Assembly: GCF_009914755.1 (NCBI RefSeq)
Contig: NC_060947.1
Origin: the human T2T-CHM13v2.0 reference genome, Homo sapiens
Length of the DNA stretch: 64,000 bases
Strand: one strand, 5' to 3'
This document shows positions 43,299 through 56,129 of this stretch, piece by piece. The notes below the pieces were generated by a model. That model made no database searches. It saw only the letters and a list, made by a program, of their open reading frames with translations, and was not told where the DNA came from. Position 1 is the first letter of the stretch; each line of letters begins with the position of its first letter. The position numbers were made by a program, and so were the translations under genes.

Positions 43299-45278
43299 GT
43301 TGAGAGAAATGCCCCTTGAGTGTGAAGAGTGAAATCTTTGGGTCTGATCTGCAAAGAGAGAGCTCAGATAAAGCCTGTGCTCTCATAAGAAAATCAAAGA
43401 TTCTAAAGACTGGAACTTCTAACATTTAAAGTCTCCATCACCCCTCCCCCATGACCCACACCTTCCATGGTTTTGTCAGAGTGCCCTGTAGGAGGTCTGA
43501 AGTCACTGGGGTAGGGTTTGCGGATGGAAACCTGAGAGGCTGTTGATATTTATAGTAGGATGGAGCCATGGGGCAGGTTCATCCCTAACCCCAAATGAGG
43601 ACTAGACCGAGGGTGGATGTCTCCTGGAGTCCCCAGGGATAGTGATGAGAAACGAAAGCAGGATATGAGGTGGGCCCTTCCTCCTTCAATATGTGCCTAT
43701 TAAAAGGAGACTTCAAACTACAGGGGGATTTAGAAAAACATTGTGGCTGACACCTGGGCTACCTTCTGTAGTTAAAAGAGACAGAGTGTTTTAGGTACAT
43801 GAAGTACATGATTCCATTTATCACCCAGCAACCTTTCAATTATTAACTTTAATTTGACCTATTATCTTTGCTACTAAATGTTCAGAACATCTTTGCCTAA
43901 ATCACTATCTAAAGCTATGTTAGGATACAGGAGGGAGAGAGGAAAATAAAAATGTTGATGAAAAGTACCAAATGGATTGCGAAGATAATCCTATTTCACA
44001 TAAAATCATTAAATGAATGTTGTTTTCTTTTTAATTGCTCCACATTTAAAACCAAACATGCCGAGGTTAGTACTTTACAACATCTAACTGAATTTTCCTA
44101 GTTCCTTTTATTATGAGACTAGGTTCTATGTAAAGCTGTTGACTTCAATGCAATTATTACATTGTTACACAAACGTATCATTAATGAATTGCAGCAATAA
44201 TGTTTATCTAGGCTACTTTTCTAGACTTTTTCCCCCTTATTGTTGAATTCCACCAGGTATAGCAATAACCTCAGTGTCAGTTGCTGTACTCACACAGGTC
44301 AGTAGTCAGTTCATCTTTTTAAATTGTAAACAACTACTTGAAAGCTATATTGTAGCTATAATAAAGTCTAAATTTAATTTTATTTTGCGTAATCATCAAT
44401 TAAATCACTTGCGAAGTATTTCAAAAAGGACATTAACAATAGATCTATGCGTAAGTCACATCTTTATATTGACTTTATCTACTGTAGTTCTGCTAAAGCA
44501 AAGAAAAGCACTTTTCTTTCCAGAGATTTAATTAGATCTGTTGTTCTAGCAAAGGCATTCTAAAATCCATTTTCAACCTAGAATGGTTTTTAAAAACCTG
44601 CACCTGAAATTTCAGTGTCAACATAAAAAAACAGTAATTAGTGATTGCACCCTATTTTTACCTTGTGGTGTGACATTCTTTTCATCCTTCATCTCCTGCC
44701 TGGGTGCTTTAGGGAACTCATAAATCAATATATTTCCAGGTGCCATATGGTTGCTACATACTATTAGGCAATGCTTGAGTAGCACCCAAGACATTTCTAA
44801 GACTAATGTTTCCCTTGCAAATGGAAAGTTCTAAATGTAAACATGTTAGTAGCATAGCCATGAATGGCAAGTGCTTCCATCACAGAAGAAAATGAACACA
44901 TATTGCTAATAATAACAAATGTGCATTTCTATGTCCATGCACGATTTCTATGGTCAAGCCCCGGGAAAACAGAATCAAGGCTAACCACGTGGAACGTAGT
45001 CACATTTCAAAAACTACGATCTGACCCTTGGAAAATCAGAATGCATGAAATCAGTTAAACAGTTATAGAGTCTGCATGAACAGGAGTCTTTGGTAATAGC
45101 CTAAATTAGGCTAAGATCAGTGGATTTAACATTTTCCAGAAGGCTTGTTCTTAAATCAAGGGTGCAAAGTCACTCTCTTATGTTTTCGAATAGTGGTTTT
45201 AAAGAATTTTTATTGTTGTTTTTTTTTTATTTGTGTGTTTCCAATTTCCTCTCCTAGCCAATGCATTCTGCATGTTTT

Positions 45279-45727
45279 ACTTTTTGTTTATTTACATATT
45301 AAATCTTAGATTTGGAGGTACACGTGCAGGTTTATTGCATGAATATGTTGCATGATGCTGAGATTTGGGCTTCAGCTGAACCCGTCATGCAAATAGTGAA
45401 CATAGTACCAAAAGGTAGCTTCTCTACCCTTCCCTACTGACCCCTTTTGGACTCCTCAGTGTCTATAGTTCCCATCTTTATCTCCATGTGTACCCAATGT
45501 TTAGCTCCTACTTATAAGTAAGAACATGTGGTCTTTCATTTTCTGTTTCTCCATTAATTCACTTAGGATAATGGCCTTCAACTGCATCTATGTTGCTGCA
45601 AAAGACATCATCTCATTGATTTTCATGGCTGTATAGTAGTCCATGGTATATATGCACCACATTTTATATTTCCAGTCTACTGTTCATGGGCACCTAGATT
45701 GATTTCATGTCTTTGCTATTGTGAATA
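45279..45727 (-). mobile_element. L1PA15/16-L1PB-like 3' fragment
   Basis: GGTACACGTGCAGGTTT...CCCAATGTTTAGCTCCTACTTATAAG...GTCTTTGCTATTGTGAATAATGCT. Confidence 0.85.
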
Positions 45728-47199
45728 ATGCTCATTCTGCATGTTTTTATATGTGGCTGTAGCATTGTTAGACATTTAAATTCCATATTTTTTTATATTC
45801 CTTTATTGCTGGTGTATAATTGCACAATAGACAAAGAATGTTGTCTCTATGGATTTGACTACGGAATTTTTGAGATTTTGTTTGTAGCACAGGTTAATCT
45901 TGCAAAATAATTTAGATGCCTGAAAAACAACAAGTAATGTCTCTTTTTGTGATACATATTGATATATCAATCAGATGATGTTTGTTAATTACTACATTGT
46001 AAGTTTTATCCTTTTCTCTCTCTTTTTTATTTGGTGGGGGAGGGTTCTGCTTTCTTTATCAACTCTTGACAAAGGTTCATTCAATTTTTCCACTACAGAT
46101 GTGGTTTTAAAATATCTTTTAGTAATTCTGTCATTTTGTGTGTGTGTGTGTGTGTGTATATGTATATACACATAAATATATATATACACATATTCACATA
46201 CACAGACACACACACACATAATATATTCACATACACAGACACACACATATTTATTTATAAAGACTCTCAGTCTCAATGTAATGAGATTTTGATTATTATG
46301 GATTTCTGGTGGCATGTTTTATTTATGATGTAAAATCCCTAAACTTCTGTTACCTACTTTTGTCTTCAATTCTATTGTAGATCAACTTCATTTTGATTAT
46401 TGCTTTTATGGTATGCAAGTTTCATTTCCATTATTTTCATATCTTTTTTTCATAGACGTATCAGTATTAAATAGTTTAGAGCTAGGTTATCATTTTATTT
46501 AGTTTTAATTAAACCTGAGTGTCTGTGCCTTTTTAAAAGGGAAGTTTAGCCTTTCATGTCTGGTGTGATAATAGATAAGTGGGCATATTTCTACTATCTC
46601 AAATTGTATTTTCCATTTTTTACCCCCTGACACTTAGCTTTCTTTTTTTCCCTCTCTTTTTCTGACCTCTAGGGATTTTACTCATTGGCGGCTCAGTTTT
46701 TTCACTTGCTCTTTTAAATATTCAGATTTTCTAACTTTCTAGTAAACTTCATAGCTCTTATCCTCTTTCTGCACAAGACAATGGTGTTAATGTACCCAAC
46801 CTGGTCAAGGCCCTTCCCTACGTCTCATCCCTTATTAACATTTCAATTCCAGCTTACTTTTTGGTATAACATTTTAATATTATGTTAACATTATCTTTAC
46901 AATTAACATTATAGATTTAACAACATGGCTCATAGTGGCCTTTATTTATCTTGCACATTGAAGCCTAGAACTTATTTCATTTTATTTATATTTATATTTA
47001 TGATAAAGTATATCCTTTCATATTGTCTGTATAAAGATCTGGATAAAACATTTTTGGAGTCATTTATGCCAGAAAAGTATCTTTCTTTCTTTTATGAACA
47101 GTTGCACAATGGTAGTTTTGTTTGGAATTCTGTATTCTCAGATCTCGTGCATAAGCATTTCAAATATATGGTGATAGACAATATATTTCCAAGGTTATG

Positions 47200-48020
47200 C
47201 CAATAGTCCCCATAGAGGTGTCCAGACCTGTGTGCCATTCCCCCCTATAGAGTGTGGTAGGACCTGTGCCTTGCTTCTAGTTATGCAGAATATAGAGAAG
47301 GTGAAAAAAAATTGTGATGTAATTAATAACCTCAAATTAGTTGATTTTAAGTAAATCCAGTGGGTGATTATCTTGGGCAGGTCTAACTTCATCAGATCGA
47401 AAGGTTCTCCTTGTGGGCTCAATGATATAAGCACCCATATTGGAGAAGCCCACATGTCCCCTTGGCTGTAGTGGGTAGACTTTAAAGTGACCCTCAATGC
47501 CTCTCATCTTCTGGTATTTACACCCTTGTGCATGAGGATACATTCCTTGGGTGTGTCCAGGATTGTGGGGTGTGACTTCTGTGTTTTGTTTACTTTATGC
47601 CACATAAAACTCAATCTTGTTAGCAGACTCTTGCTAGAGACTTCTCTTGCTGACTTTGAAGAAGTCAGTCATCAAGATGAGAGACCCAACTGTCAAGCTG
47701 CTAAGGATGACCTAGGATGGGGGACTGGTCCTCGTCTGGCAGCAAGAAATGGCCAGAACTCTCAGTGCTACAGCCCCAAGTAACTTAATTCTGCAACAAC
47801 CTGGCTAAGCTTAGAACCAGATTCTTCCTTTTTTGAATCTCCAGATAAGAACACAACCAGCCAACATCTTGACTGCATGCCTGTGAGACGCTGAGCTCCA
47901 AACCCACCTAAGCCATGCCCAGGTCTTTGATCTGCAGAAACTGTGAGATAATCAGTGGTGGTTGTTGTAAGGTGCTACGTTTGGAGGTAATTTGTTACAC
48001 AGCAATAGATAACTAATACA
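47200..48020 (+). mobile_element. MLT1E/F-like LTR
   Basis: AATTCTGCAACAACCTG...AGAACCAGATTCTTCC...GTAATTTGTTACACAGCAATAGATAACTAATACA end. Confidence 0.8.
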
Positions 48021-49127
48021 TATCTAATTCCATTATAACGTCAGTGAGGTGTAGAGTTAAAGGCCCTGGTTCTGAATCCAAACAAACTTTATTTATCTCT
48101 GACTCAATTTGCCCATTAACTAAAGCAATTAACAGCCCTTCTATTTTAAGGGCTAAGAGCTTTAATAAATTAACCTTTTATCCGTATCATGACTATTATC
48201 AGAGTGAGTGACTTGGAATAAATATGTAAAAAATAACTAAAATTATTGCTGTTGTTCTTTTTCCTCAAAGAACTGATCATGCTGAGAGATTAATGTTGCT
48301 TAGTTTGTAAGTTTTTCTACTCCTGAGACCAAATGTGGAGTACAATTTAGGAAGGATTTGCCTTAAGAGCACATGCTTTCAGAACATCTGACCTTGTGTT
48401 GATTGTGCGACAGGTTTAAATATTAGATCCTTCTTCTCCCAAGATCTTCCTAATTATGTGCTGTTTACACTCACCTCCAAACCTCAGCAATCTATTGATT
48501 TTTGAAGTTAACACATTGATTTTTTTCTCTCTGTCTTTTATATGACAATGCCAAAAAGCTTTTAATAAATGGGTTGTGGCCTTTATATGAACTAACAGAA
48601 GGCCCCCTGCTGGAATAGCTATTAAGTTAGCATCCAGACATAGAAGCAGGATCATTTATAAGACCTTGGCATTGGAACTGCTGGTCATCAGATGCTCATG
48701 GATGCTCTTGCTGCAACTCCTGACCAAAGTCTGAAATAGAGTGCTCTCCTTCACTTACGTAACATTCAACATCACAATTTTTAAAAATATTCCAATATGC
48801 ATCAGAGTTCTAATAAACATTAGTATTTTGTTATTCATTAGCATTTTTATTGGGGCACATGTTAGTTAATTTTTTAAAAGGGAATCTCAATTTTCCTTAC
48901 AGCTGTTCAAACTAAATAGATCAAGCAAGAAAACTAACACATACAACCAAAAGTTAGATGACTAACGCATAACAGTACTATTTAAGTTTTCACTCAATCA
49001 TGCTTGATTTGTTAACTCTCCCAAACCACTTTGCTTGACTGAGAGTATTTTCAAAATTAATAAATGATCCCACTGTTAAAAACGATCAATTATCAACGGC
49101 TACATTGGCTGAAAATTTGGGAACAGA

Positions 49128-49766
49128 TATTGATAGTTTACTATCATCTTGTAATAAATTACACTTCAAATATAGAGGCTTAAAGTAACATATGTTTATT
49201 ATCTTATAGTTTCTGTAAGTCAGGAATCTAGGTATGGCTTAGTTGGGTCCTCTACTCATGTTCTCAAAAGGCTGCAGTGAAGCGGGTAGTTAAGCTATGT
49301 TCTCATCCTGAGTCTCAAATGTGGAGAGAGACATTTTCAAATTCATTCAGAATGTTAGCATAATTTATTTCCTTGCAACTATGTGGTTAGGGGACTTTCA
49401 TTTTGCTACCTCTTGACTAGAGGCCACGTTTGGGTCATAGAAGCTACTCACACTCCCTAGAGGCCACCCACTCTTTCTTGCTACCTGGGTTTCTCCAACA
49501 TGGCGTTATTTCATCAGGTCTTCAAAGAGAGGCTGTCACCTCAGTCTTTTTCAGGTCATTCTCCTGATTAAACCAAGCCCACCCATGATAAGGCAGACAA
49601 CTCAAAATCAACTGATTCAGGATGTAAATTACATCTAAAACACTCCCTTCACCTTTGCCATGTTTTTGGCTAGAAGAAAGTCACCATTCCTGCCTATATT
49701 CAAGGGGAATTGAATTGTATAATGAACCACTGAACCATGGGACTCCTCTAACATGTGTCCACTACA
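49128..49766 (-). mobile_element. MLT1 LTR (E/F/G-like)
   Basis: TTTATTATCTTATAGTTTCTGTAAGTCAGGAATCTAGG...AATTACATCT...CCTTCACCTTTGCC. Confidence 0.7.
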
Positions 49767-50109
49767 GACCCTGTGAATAATAAACAAGAATAAATCTATA
49801 ATAGTAGAACATTAGTAGTAAGCACAAAATAGCTGATAATTAAATTTACATACACACACACAAACACACGCAGAAAAGTCATCAACCTGATGCTGAGATT
49901 TGAGTCTTAGTCCTAGTTTTCTCGTTAATTTTGTGACCTTATATAAGCCAGTTGACCCCCTCTGAGCCTTAGTATTATTATTTCTAAAGTGGGTCCTTAG
50001 ACCAGAAAAAGATGTATACTCCCTTTCTTCTCTAACCTACTATGATTCTTTAATATCCGTGGTGTATTCATGGGTTATTGACTGGAGAAAAAAATTTTGA
50101 CTAAGACCT

Positions 50110-50425
50110 CGGCTGCACGATACAGTAGACATATGTGACTATGAGCACTTTTAATGCAGTGAGTCCAAATTGAGATGTGCTCTAAGTGTAAAATATACAT
50201 CAGATTTCAAAGGTTTAACACCATCACCACCACGACAAAAAAGAATAGAGTATATCTCATCAATATTTTTAAGTTGATCACGTGTTAGAAGGATTATATT
50301 TTGTCTGTATTTGGTTACATTAAATATTACTAAAATTGATTTCATCTGTTTCTGGTTGGATATTTTAAAGTGATTCCTGGGAAATTGGAAGCTACATAGT
50401 GGGCTACCCTTGTATTTCCATTGCA
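50110..50425. mobile_element. MER33 (hAT-Charlie)
   Basis: AGTCCAAATTGAGATGTGCTCTAAGTGTAAAATATACATCAGATTTCAAAG...AAAATTGATTTCATCTGTTTC. Confidence 0.8.
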
Positions 50426-51946
50426 TGTCACAAAGAACTAGGAGTTCTTTCCTACCTATTTACATTCACTTGAGGGATTCTCTTTTTGGAGAGCAGGGAG
50501 AAGGAATGTAATGGAATGAAACTAAAATTATATCTACATTAGTCAAAAATTTCTAAATATGCTTTTTTTGTATTTCAACTGCTTTATAAAAATATATTAA
50601 AACTTCTAAATACATCAGTGAGAGCTCCTATTCAGTTTAATGTACTAAATCATGTACAAACACACAAAATTTCATTCACATACTGAACTATACCTTGAGG
50701 TCAGATACAAGGAAATATTACTTTACCATATCTATCCAAAATGTTTACTATGAAGATTTAATGGAATAATAGATATTCCACTTAGCCCCTCTTACATATG
50801 AAGCTCTATCTATTGGATTATTTTTTAAATCATTATGTAGTTTTTTTGAAAGCAGTGATAATCTTCAGAAATATTTTCTGTAATATATACACATTTTTTC
50901 TGGACAATTTTACACGACAGATTGGATCATTTCAATTGCTAAAATTACTGAGTCAGTCAAACATGTGTCACAATCACCAATTTTGCAAAATTATCCACCC
51001 ACACACTGGCTCTTGGCTCAGTCCTACCATCCTTTCAGGGGCAGAGACAAACCAAGTAGTCTATTTCTCCTAATGGATCAGCGATTTAACTCAAAGAGTT
51101 CAATGCCGTAGCCCAGACCGACTGCAGCTGTGCATTGTAATCAGTGGGGAAGGGGGATAAAAACCGCTCGTGTCCAGCAAGGATTGCACCTGCCACCAAT
51201 TGAATCAGGACTTCCGCGACTTGGACCTGGTATTGGCATTTTAAAAAATATGCTATCTGGGTCAACCTAATGTCAATCCAGCATTGATATCACTGAGTAA
51301 CAGATTCTAGCTTTTGACCTAAATATATGTATGTGGGGCAGCTTAGGAGCGAACTTAAAAGAAAGAAAAGAAAAGGAAAAAATTTAAACCATGCTGTGTT
51401 TTGTCCTGAGCTCTGACTTTCTCTTCAGCTCTCACTATCATTTATTCTACAATTCAGATTATTTTTTCAAAAATATTCATATTCAGCTATTCTGACATAC
51501 CCATGTTTCTTTTGTCCTGAAAAATGTCAAAAAACAGTCACATACACCCATCAGACACAGGCAGACATTCCTTGCAAATAGAAAGATACACCAATTCCTT
51601 GGGAAGCTTGTACTTTCACCAAAACTGAAACCTCATTATTTTTTTTTTTTTTTTTTGAGATTCATGGCTAGAAAGGAGAAAAAGGGACATTGGAATGCTG
51701 CAAACATTTTTTTAAAAACTGTTTTTGAACTGGTGGAGCTTTAACTTCTCATTTGAGAGAAAACAGCTTCTCCTTGGGAAAAACAAAGACGTGCCTTTTT
51801 TGGATGGAAAAGGCTGAACCAAAGGACGCCTGTATTAATCTTGGTTGCCTAGTAAGAAGACCCCACGACAGATCCTTGGAGAAGCAATACCCAGATGTGA
51901 TGAGATGGGCAAGGATTGTTTTGAGAGAATTACCCGTGGGAGCGAA

Positions 51947-52119
51947 AATGTTTAGCTCCTAAAAGACACACGCATATGTATGTTCATGGCAGAGCTATTC
52001 ACAATAGCAAAGACATGGAGTCAACCTAGGTGTTCATCCACAGTGGCATGCATAAAGAAAATGTGTGTATCTACACCATGGAATACTACACAGCCATAAA
52101 AAAGAATGAAATCATGTCC
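51947..52119 (+). mobile_element. L1 fragment that is an inverted copy of 52975-53145
   Basis: About 90% identical by eye to the reverse complement of part of the nearby L1, including its inversion junction. Confidence 0.85.
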
Positions 52120-52893
52120 CGAATGAGATTTCTTTTCACCCCAAAGAGGCTAGGAGATCCACCAGACAGAGCTCAATGCTACTCTGACTTCCCATAAAGG
52201 AAAGAGGGTAGGAGCAGGAAGATTGGGCATGGTGGTCTGATAGCCCTCCAGCCAATGCTGGCCACCACGGGTCCTGTGTCTCCAATAAAGGACTCACCTT
52301 AGTATCCCTGCCATCCTCAGTCATTGGGGAGATTAAGTCTCTAGGAAGAATGAGCATGTTGCAAATGAGGTGATGGATTTCAGAGCACAGCAGCTTGGGA
52401 TCTCACTAAATAACATTCCCTGTGGTCAAGGAAATGAGAAGCACATTTTTCATGGCCACACGAGGGCCAATTTGTCCCAGAGGGGGAATTTCTCCAGGAC
52501 CCAGAGCATGGGATTGCGGGGCATGCATACCTAGAAACCTGTTTAAAGTCATTCCTTTTACATATTGTCACTCTCAACTGCTTACAGTCATGTTGTACAG
52601 TGTCCTAGATTAGAATGTGCTATGGTGGGGTAGAGGAAAGGTTAGCACAGCAACAGCCCAATGGATGCCTGGCCTGAGAGGACAGCCTAACATTCCAGTG
52701 TAAGAGCTCATGGTTGACCATTTGATGACACACAGCATGGGAATGGGGACCTTTCTGCGTGAGTCCTCCTGATTATATCTTGTTTTGTACCCTACTTTTC
52801 CCCAAGGGGAGAAATTGGTATACCTCATTTACAAACGTTGCCTTATTCACATTCTAAAATTGTGTCTATGGGAAGTAGTAAAATCCCACTGAG

Positions 52894-53415
52894 TACATGC
52901 AGTATTTGGTTTTCTGTCCCTGCGTTAATTTGCTTAGGATAATGGCCTCCAGCTGCATCCTGGTTGCTGCAAAAACATGATTTCATTCTTTTTTATGGCT
53001 GTGTATTATTCCATGACATAGATATGCCATGTTTTCTTTATGCAGGCCACTGTGGATGGGCACCTAGGTTGACTCCATGTCTTTGCTATTCTGAATAGCT
53101 CTGCCATGAACATACACGTGCATGTGTCTTTTAGGAGCTAAACACTGAGCACATATGGACATAAAGATGGAAACAATAGGCACTGAGGACTACTAAAGGG
53201 AGGAAAGAGGGAGGAGGGCAAGGCCTGAAAAACTAACAGTTGGATACTATGCTCGGTACCTGGGTGATCACACAATATAGCCAGGTAATAAACTTGCACA
53301 TATACCCCCTGAATCTAAAATAAAAGTTGAAATTATTTTTAAAAAATTACAAAAAAAAGAGAAATAATCAAGAAGAAAATATATAAACAAATGATACACT
53401 GAGTTTACAAAAAAG
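52894..53415 (+). mobile_element. 5'-inverted (twin-primed) L1PB/late-L1PA insertion with 13-bp TSD
   Basis: Antisense segment 52894-53132, sense 3' end 53133-53345 (CTGAATCTAAAATAAAAGTTGAA), A-rich tail; TSD AAATCCCACTGAG at 52881-52893 and 53416-53428. Confidence 0.88.
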
Positions 53416-53734
53416 AAATCCCACTGAGAGGGCACATGTCAATTATCATCTGTGGGGGATGAGTTTCTTCTGGAAATTTTTATGGTAATTTCCCAACTTC
53501 AGAGGGCTTAGCTGTAGGGTACTTTTAAACCTCAAATTTTCCTTCCAAGTTTATATTCTGATCAAATCTCATTCCTCGAAGTAGGGTTAGCATATCTTTA
53601 TTGAATCTCTTGTGTTTAACCTCTTTCTGCAGTTCAGATGTTCTGTTCATGACTGGGCAAACCAATGTCTCCTTCCTCACTGTTGTCTGTAGAAAAAGTC
53701 AGCACAAGTTCTGGAGTTAGATAGAAGCCTTGGC

Positions 53735-54137
53735 TGAAATTTATTGTCTTATTCTTGAGGGTAGAAGTCTGAAATCCAGGTACGGGCTGCATTGGTTCCT
53801 TTCAATGAGCAAGCATCTGTTTCAGCTCTCTCTTTTACCTGCTGGTGGCTTTCTGTCAATCTATAGCATTCCTTGACTTATACAAGCACTATCTGTGCCT
53901 CAATGTCTGCCTTTTTCTTCATGTGGCATTCTCCCTATTGGTGTGCATCTCTACAAATTTGTTTTTTCTACGAAGATGCCTGTCATATTGGATTAGAGCT
54001 CATCCTAATGACTGCATCTCAACCTAACTAAATACATCCACAACAATCCTATTTCCAAATGAAGTCACATTCTGAGAAGCTAGGAAGTAGTAGGTCTTCA
54101 ACATATGAATTTTGTGGGGACACAATTCCACCCACAA
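53735..54137 (-). mobile_element. MLT1A/B-like LTR
   Basis: TAGAAGTCTGAAATCCAGG...CATATTGGATTAGAGCTC...ATATGAATTTTGTGGGGACACAATTC. Confidence 0.75.
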
Positions 54138-54912
54138 TCCTAGTTCATTGCAGAATAAGAACTAGAGTCCACAGCTCTAAGTTTAGTGCCTTTTAGGCTG
54201 GGCTACTAAGGATGCTCAAAACATGGCCAAAGAGTGACTCAATCCCGCAATAAAAGCTGGCTCAGTATTTGAAAGAAGCATTCTGCTTTTGCATTGTCAA
54301 ATGACTTGAATTCTGCAGAAGAAACTCTACAGCCAATTTGATAACTATAGATTATCTGAAGTCTATCTGACGCAAGAGGCTTTGCTGAACTCCGAAGGTA
54401 ATGAGTTCAAATCCATATCTCATGGTTACGTGCATACCGTCTACTAATCATAGTAATAGCCACCTAGGCAATTACTCACTTTTTAGTGTAGAACAATTAA
54501 ATAAATGTCAGATACTGTCTTTTCTGTGAGCTCCTCAGATGCGTTCTTAACAATTATAGCCTGTCTGCTTGGAGGCAGCACTGAACATTGTTGGCACTTG
54601 GAGAATACTTTCAGTGTGTCATCATCTTTTCCAGAATTTTTAGAACCTGGATAGAAAACTGTGAATCTAAGATCACAGGCTTTTCTTCTTTGTAGCTATT
54701 GAATACACATTTTATAGTCCATAGTTTTATTACTATAAATGGTTCCTTCTGTATTTATAAACACAAAACACAGATGTAAGATGTGATGTGCTCAGTAATT
54801 AAGTCAACTTTTATATAACAGTCTGCTTGGATACGGTGAATTGTAACCCAGCCTTCAGAATGCATGTAAAAGATGGAAGTTATGTCTGATAATCTTTAGT
54901 TGAGACTGTTTC

Positions 54913-55017
54913 TTTTTATTTTATTTTATTATTATTATACTTTAAGTTTCAGCGTACATGTGCACAATGTGCAGGTTAGTTACATATGTATACATGTGCC
55001 ATGCTGGTGTGCTGCAC
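54913..55017 (-). mobile_element. Extremely 5'-truncated young L1PA (PA2-PA4-like), about 105 bp, with 11-bp TSD
   Basis: GGTTAGTTACATATG and CCATGCTGGTG diagnostics; TSD GAGACTGTTTC at 54902-54912 and 55018-55028. Confidence 0.9.
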
Positions 55018-56129
55018 GAGACTGTTTCAAAGATATTTTATACCTTCGAGGAAAGGCTAGCATTTTCTTTTTTCCAGAAATCAACTCATTATTAATCTTT
55101 ATCTTACAATGAGTTGCATATGAAGGAGCACTTAACTTTAAAGCACTTCAGTGGAGTCTATGTGAATGAGCAAAGTGAGTCCCCTTGCAGAATTCAGTGT
55201 TTTACAAGCCACTTCTGTATAGTGTTAACATGATTATTTTACAAGAATAGGGCTCAATCTAGCACTGTGTTAATAGAAATGAGGCAATTCATGAATATTT
55301 AGTCAATGATTTACACCAAAAGTCAGAACAGATATGGAGAAAAAATTGCAAGTGTATGAAAAGATGTACAAACAAGAGTCAATCGTTCTTGAAGAACAGA
55401 TTCTGAGCCACAGTATAAGATTGTTGCTGTTACAGTTTTCTCCAGCAACCTTCTGGAAATAGTCTCATTCACACATGCATTCACCCACCCGCTCACCTTC
55501 CCCTCACACACAAGCATGCACGCACTTGCCTATGCGTGCACAATCTTTTTCATGGCTGCCTACTATTCCATGTCTGAATCACTGTCATTTAGCTAACTTC
55601 TATTGACAGTCATTTTAGTTTTCTTTTTTCTAGTTTTTGTGATATTTCAAAATAATTATGCAGTGCAAACACCCTTCAGCATAAATCTCTGCATGATGTG
55701 GGGGTGCATCTCTCAGGATGTATTCCTTGAAGTAAAAGTATGTGCTGGGTCAGAGGCTGTGTGCATCTTAAGCGTGGGTCTGTTTTCCCAAATTTCCCTC
55801 CCAAGGGGCTGCCTGATTCCCAGTCACTATTTAAAGTGCTTCCTATGCCTTACCCATCTGTTAGATTGCTATCAATTGGAAGGTTAAAAATATGGACTCT
55901 CACTATTGTTTTTATCTGCATTTTGGTACTTACGGGGAAAAAGAAAAGTTTTCACTTAGTTGAATTTATATATCTTTCTGTTGCCCTCAAACTCCCTGTT
56001 CAGTCTTTGTTCCTTTGTGGTAAATATCCTGGATATATTTTAAGTTTGCCAGCCCACATTCTGTTGTATTTTGTACATATTTTTCTGTTGCATTTTGTGT
56101 GTATTTTTCTGTTGCATTTTGTTGCATTC

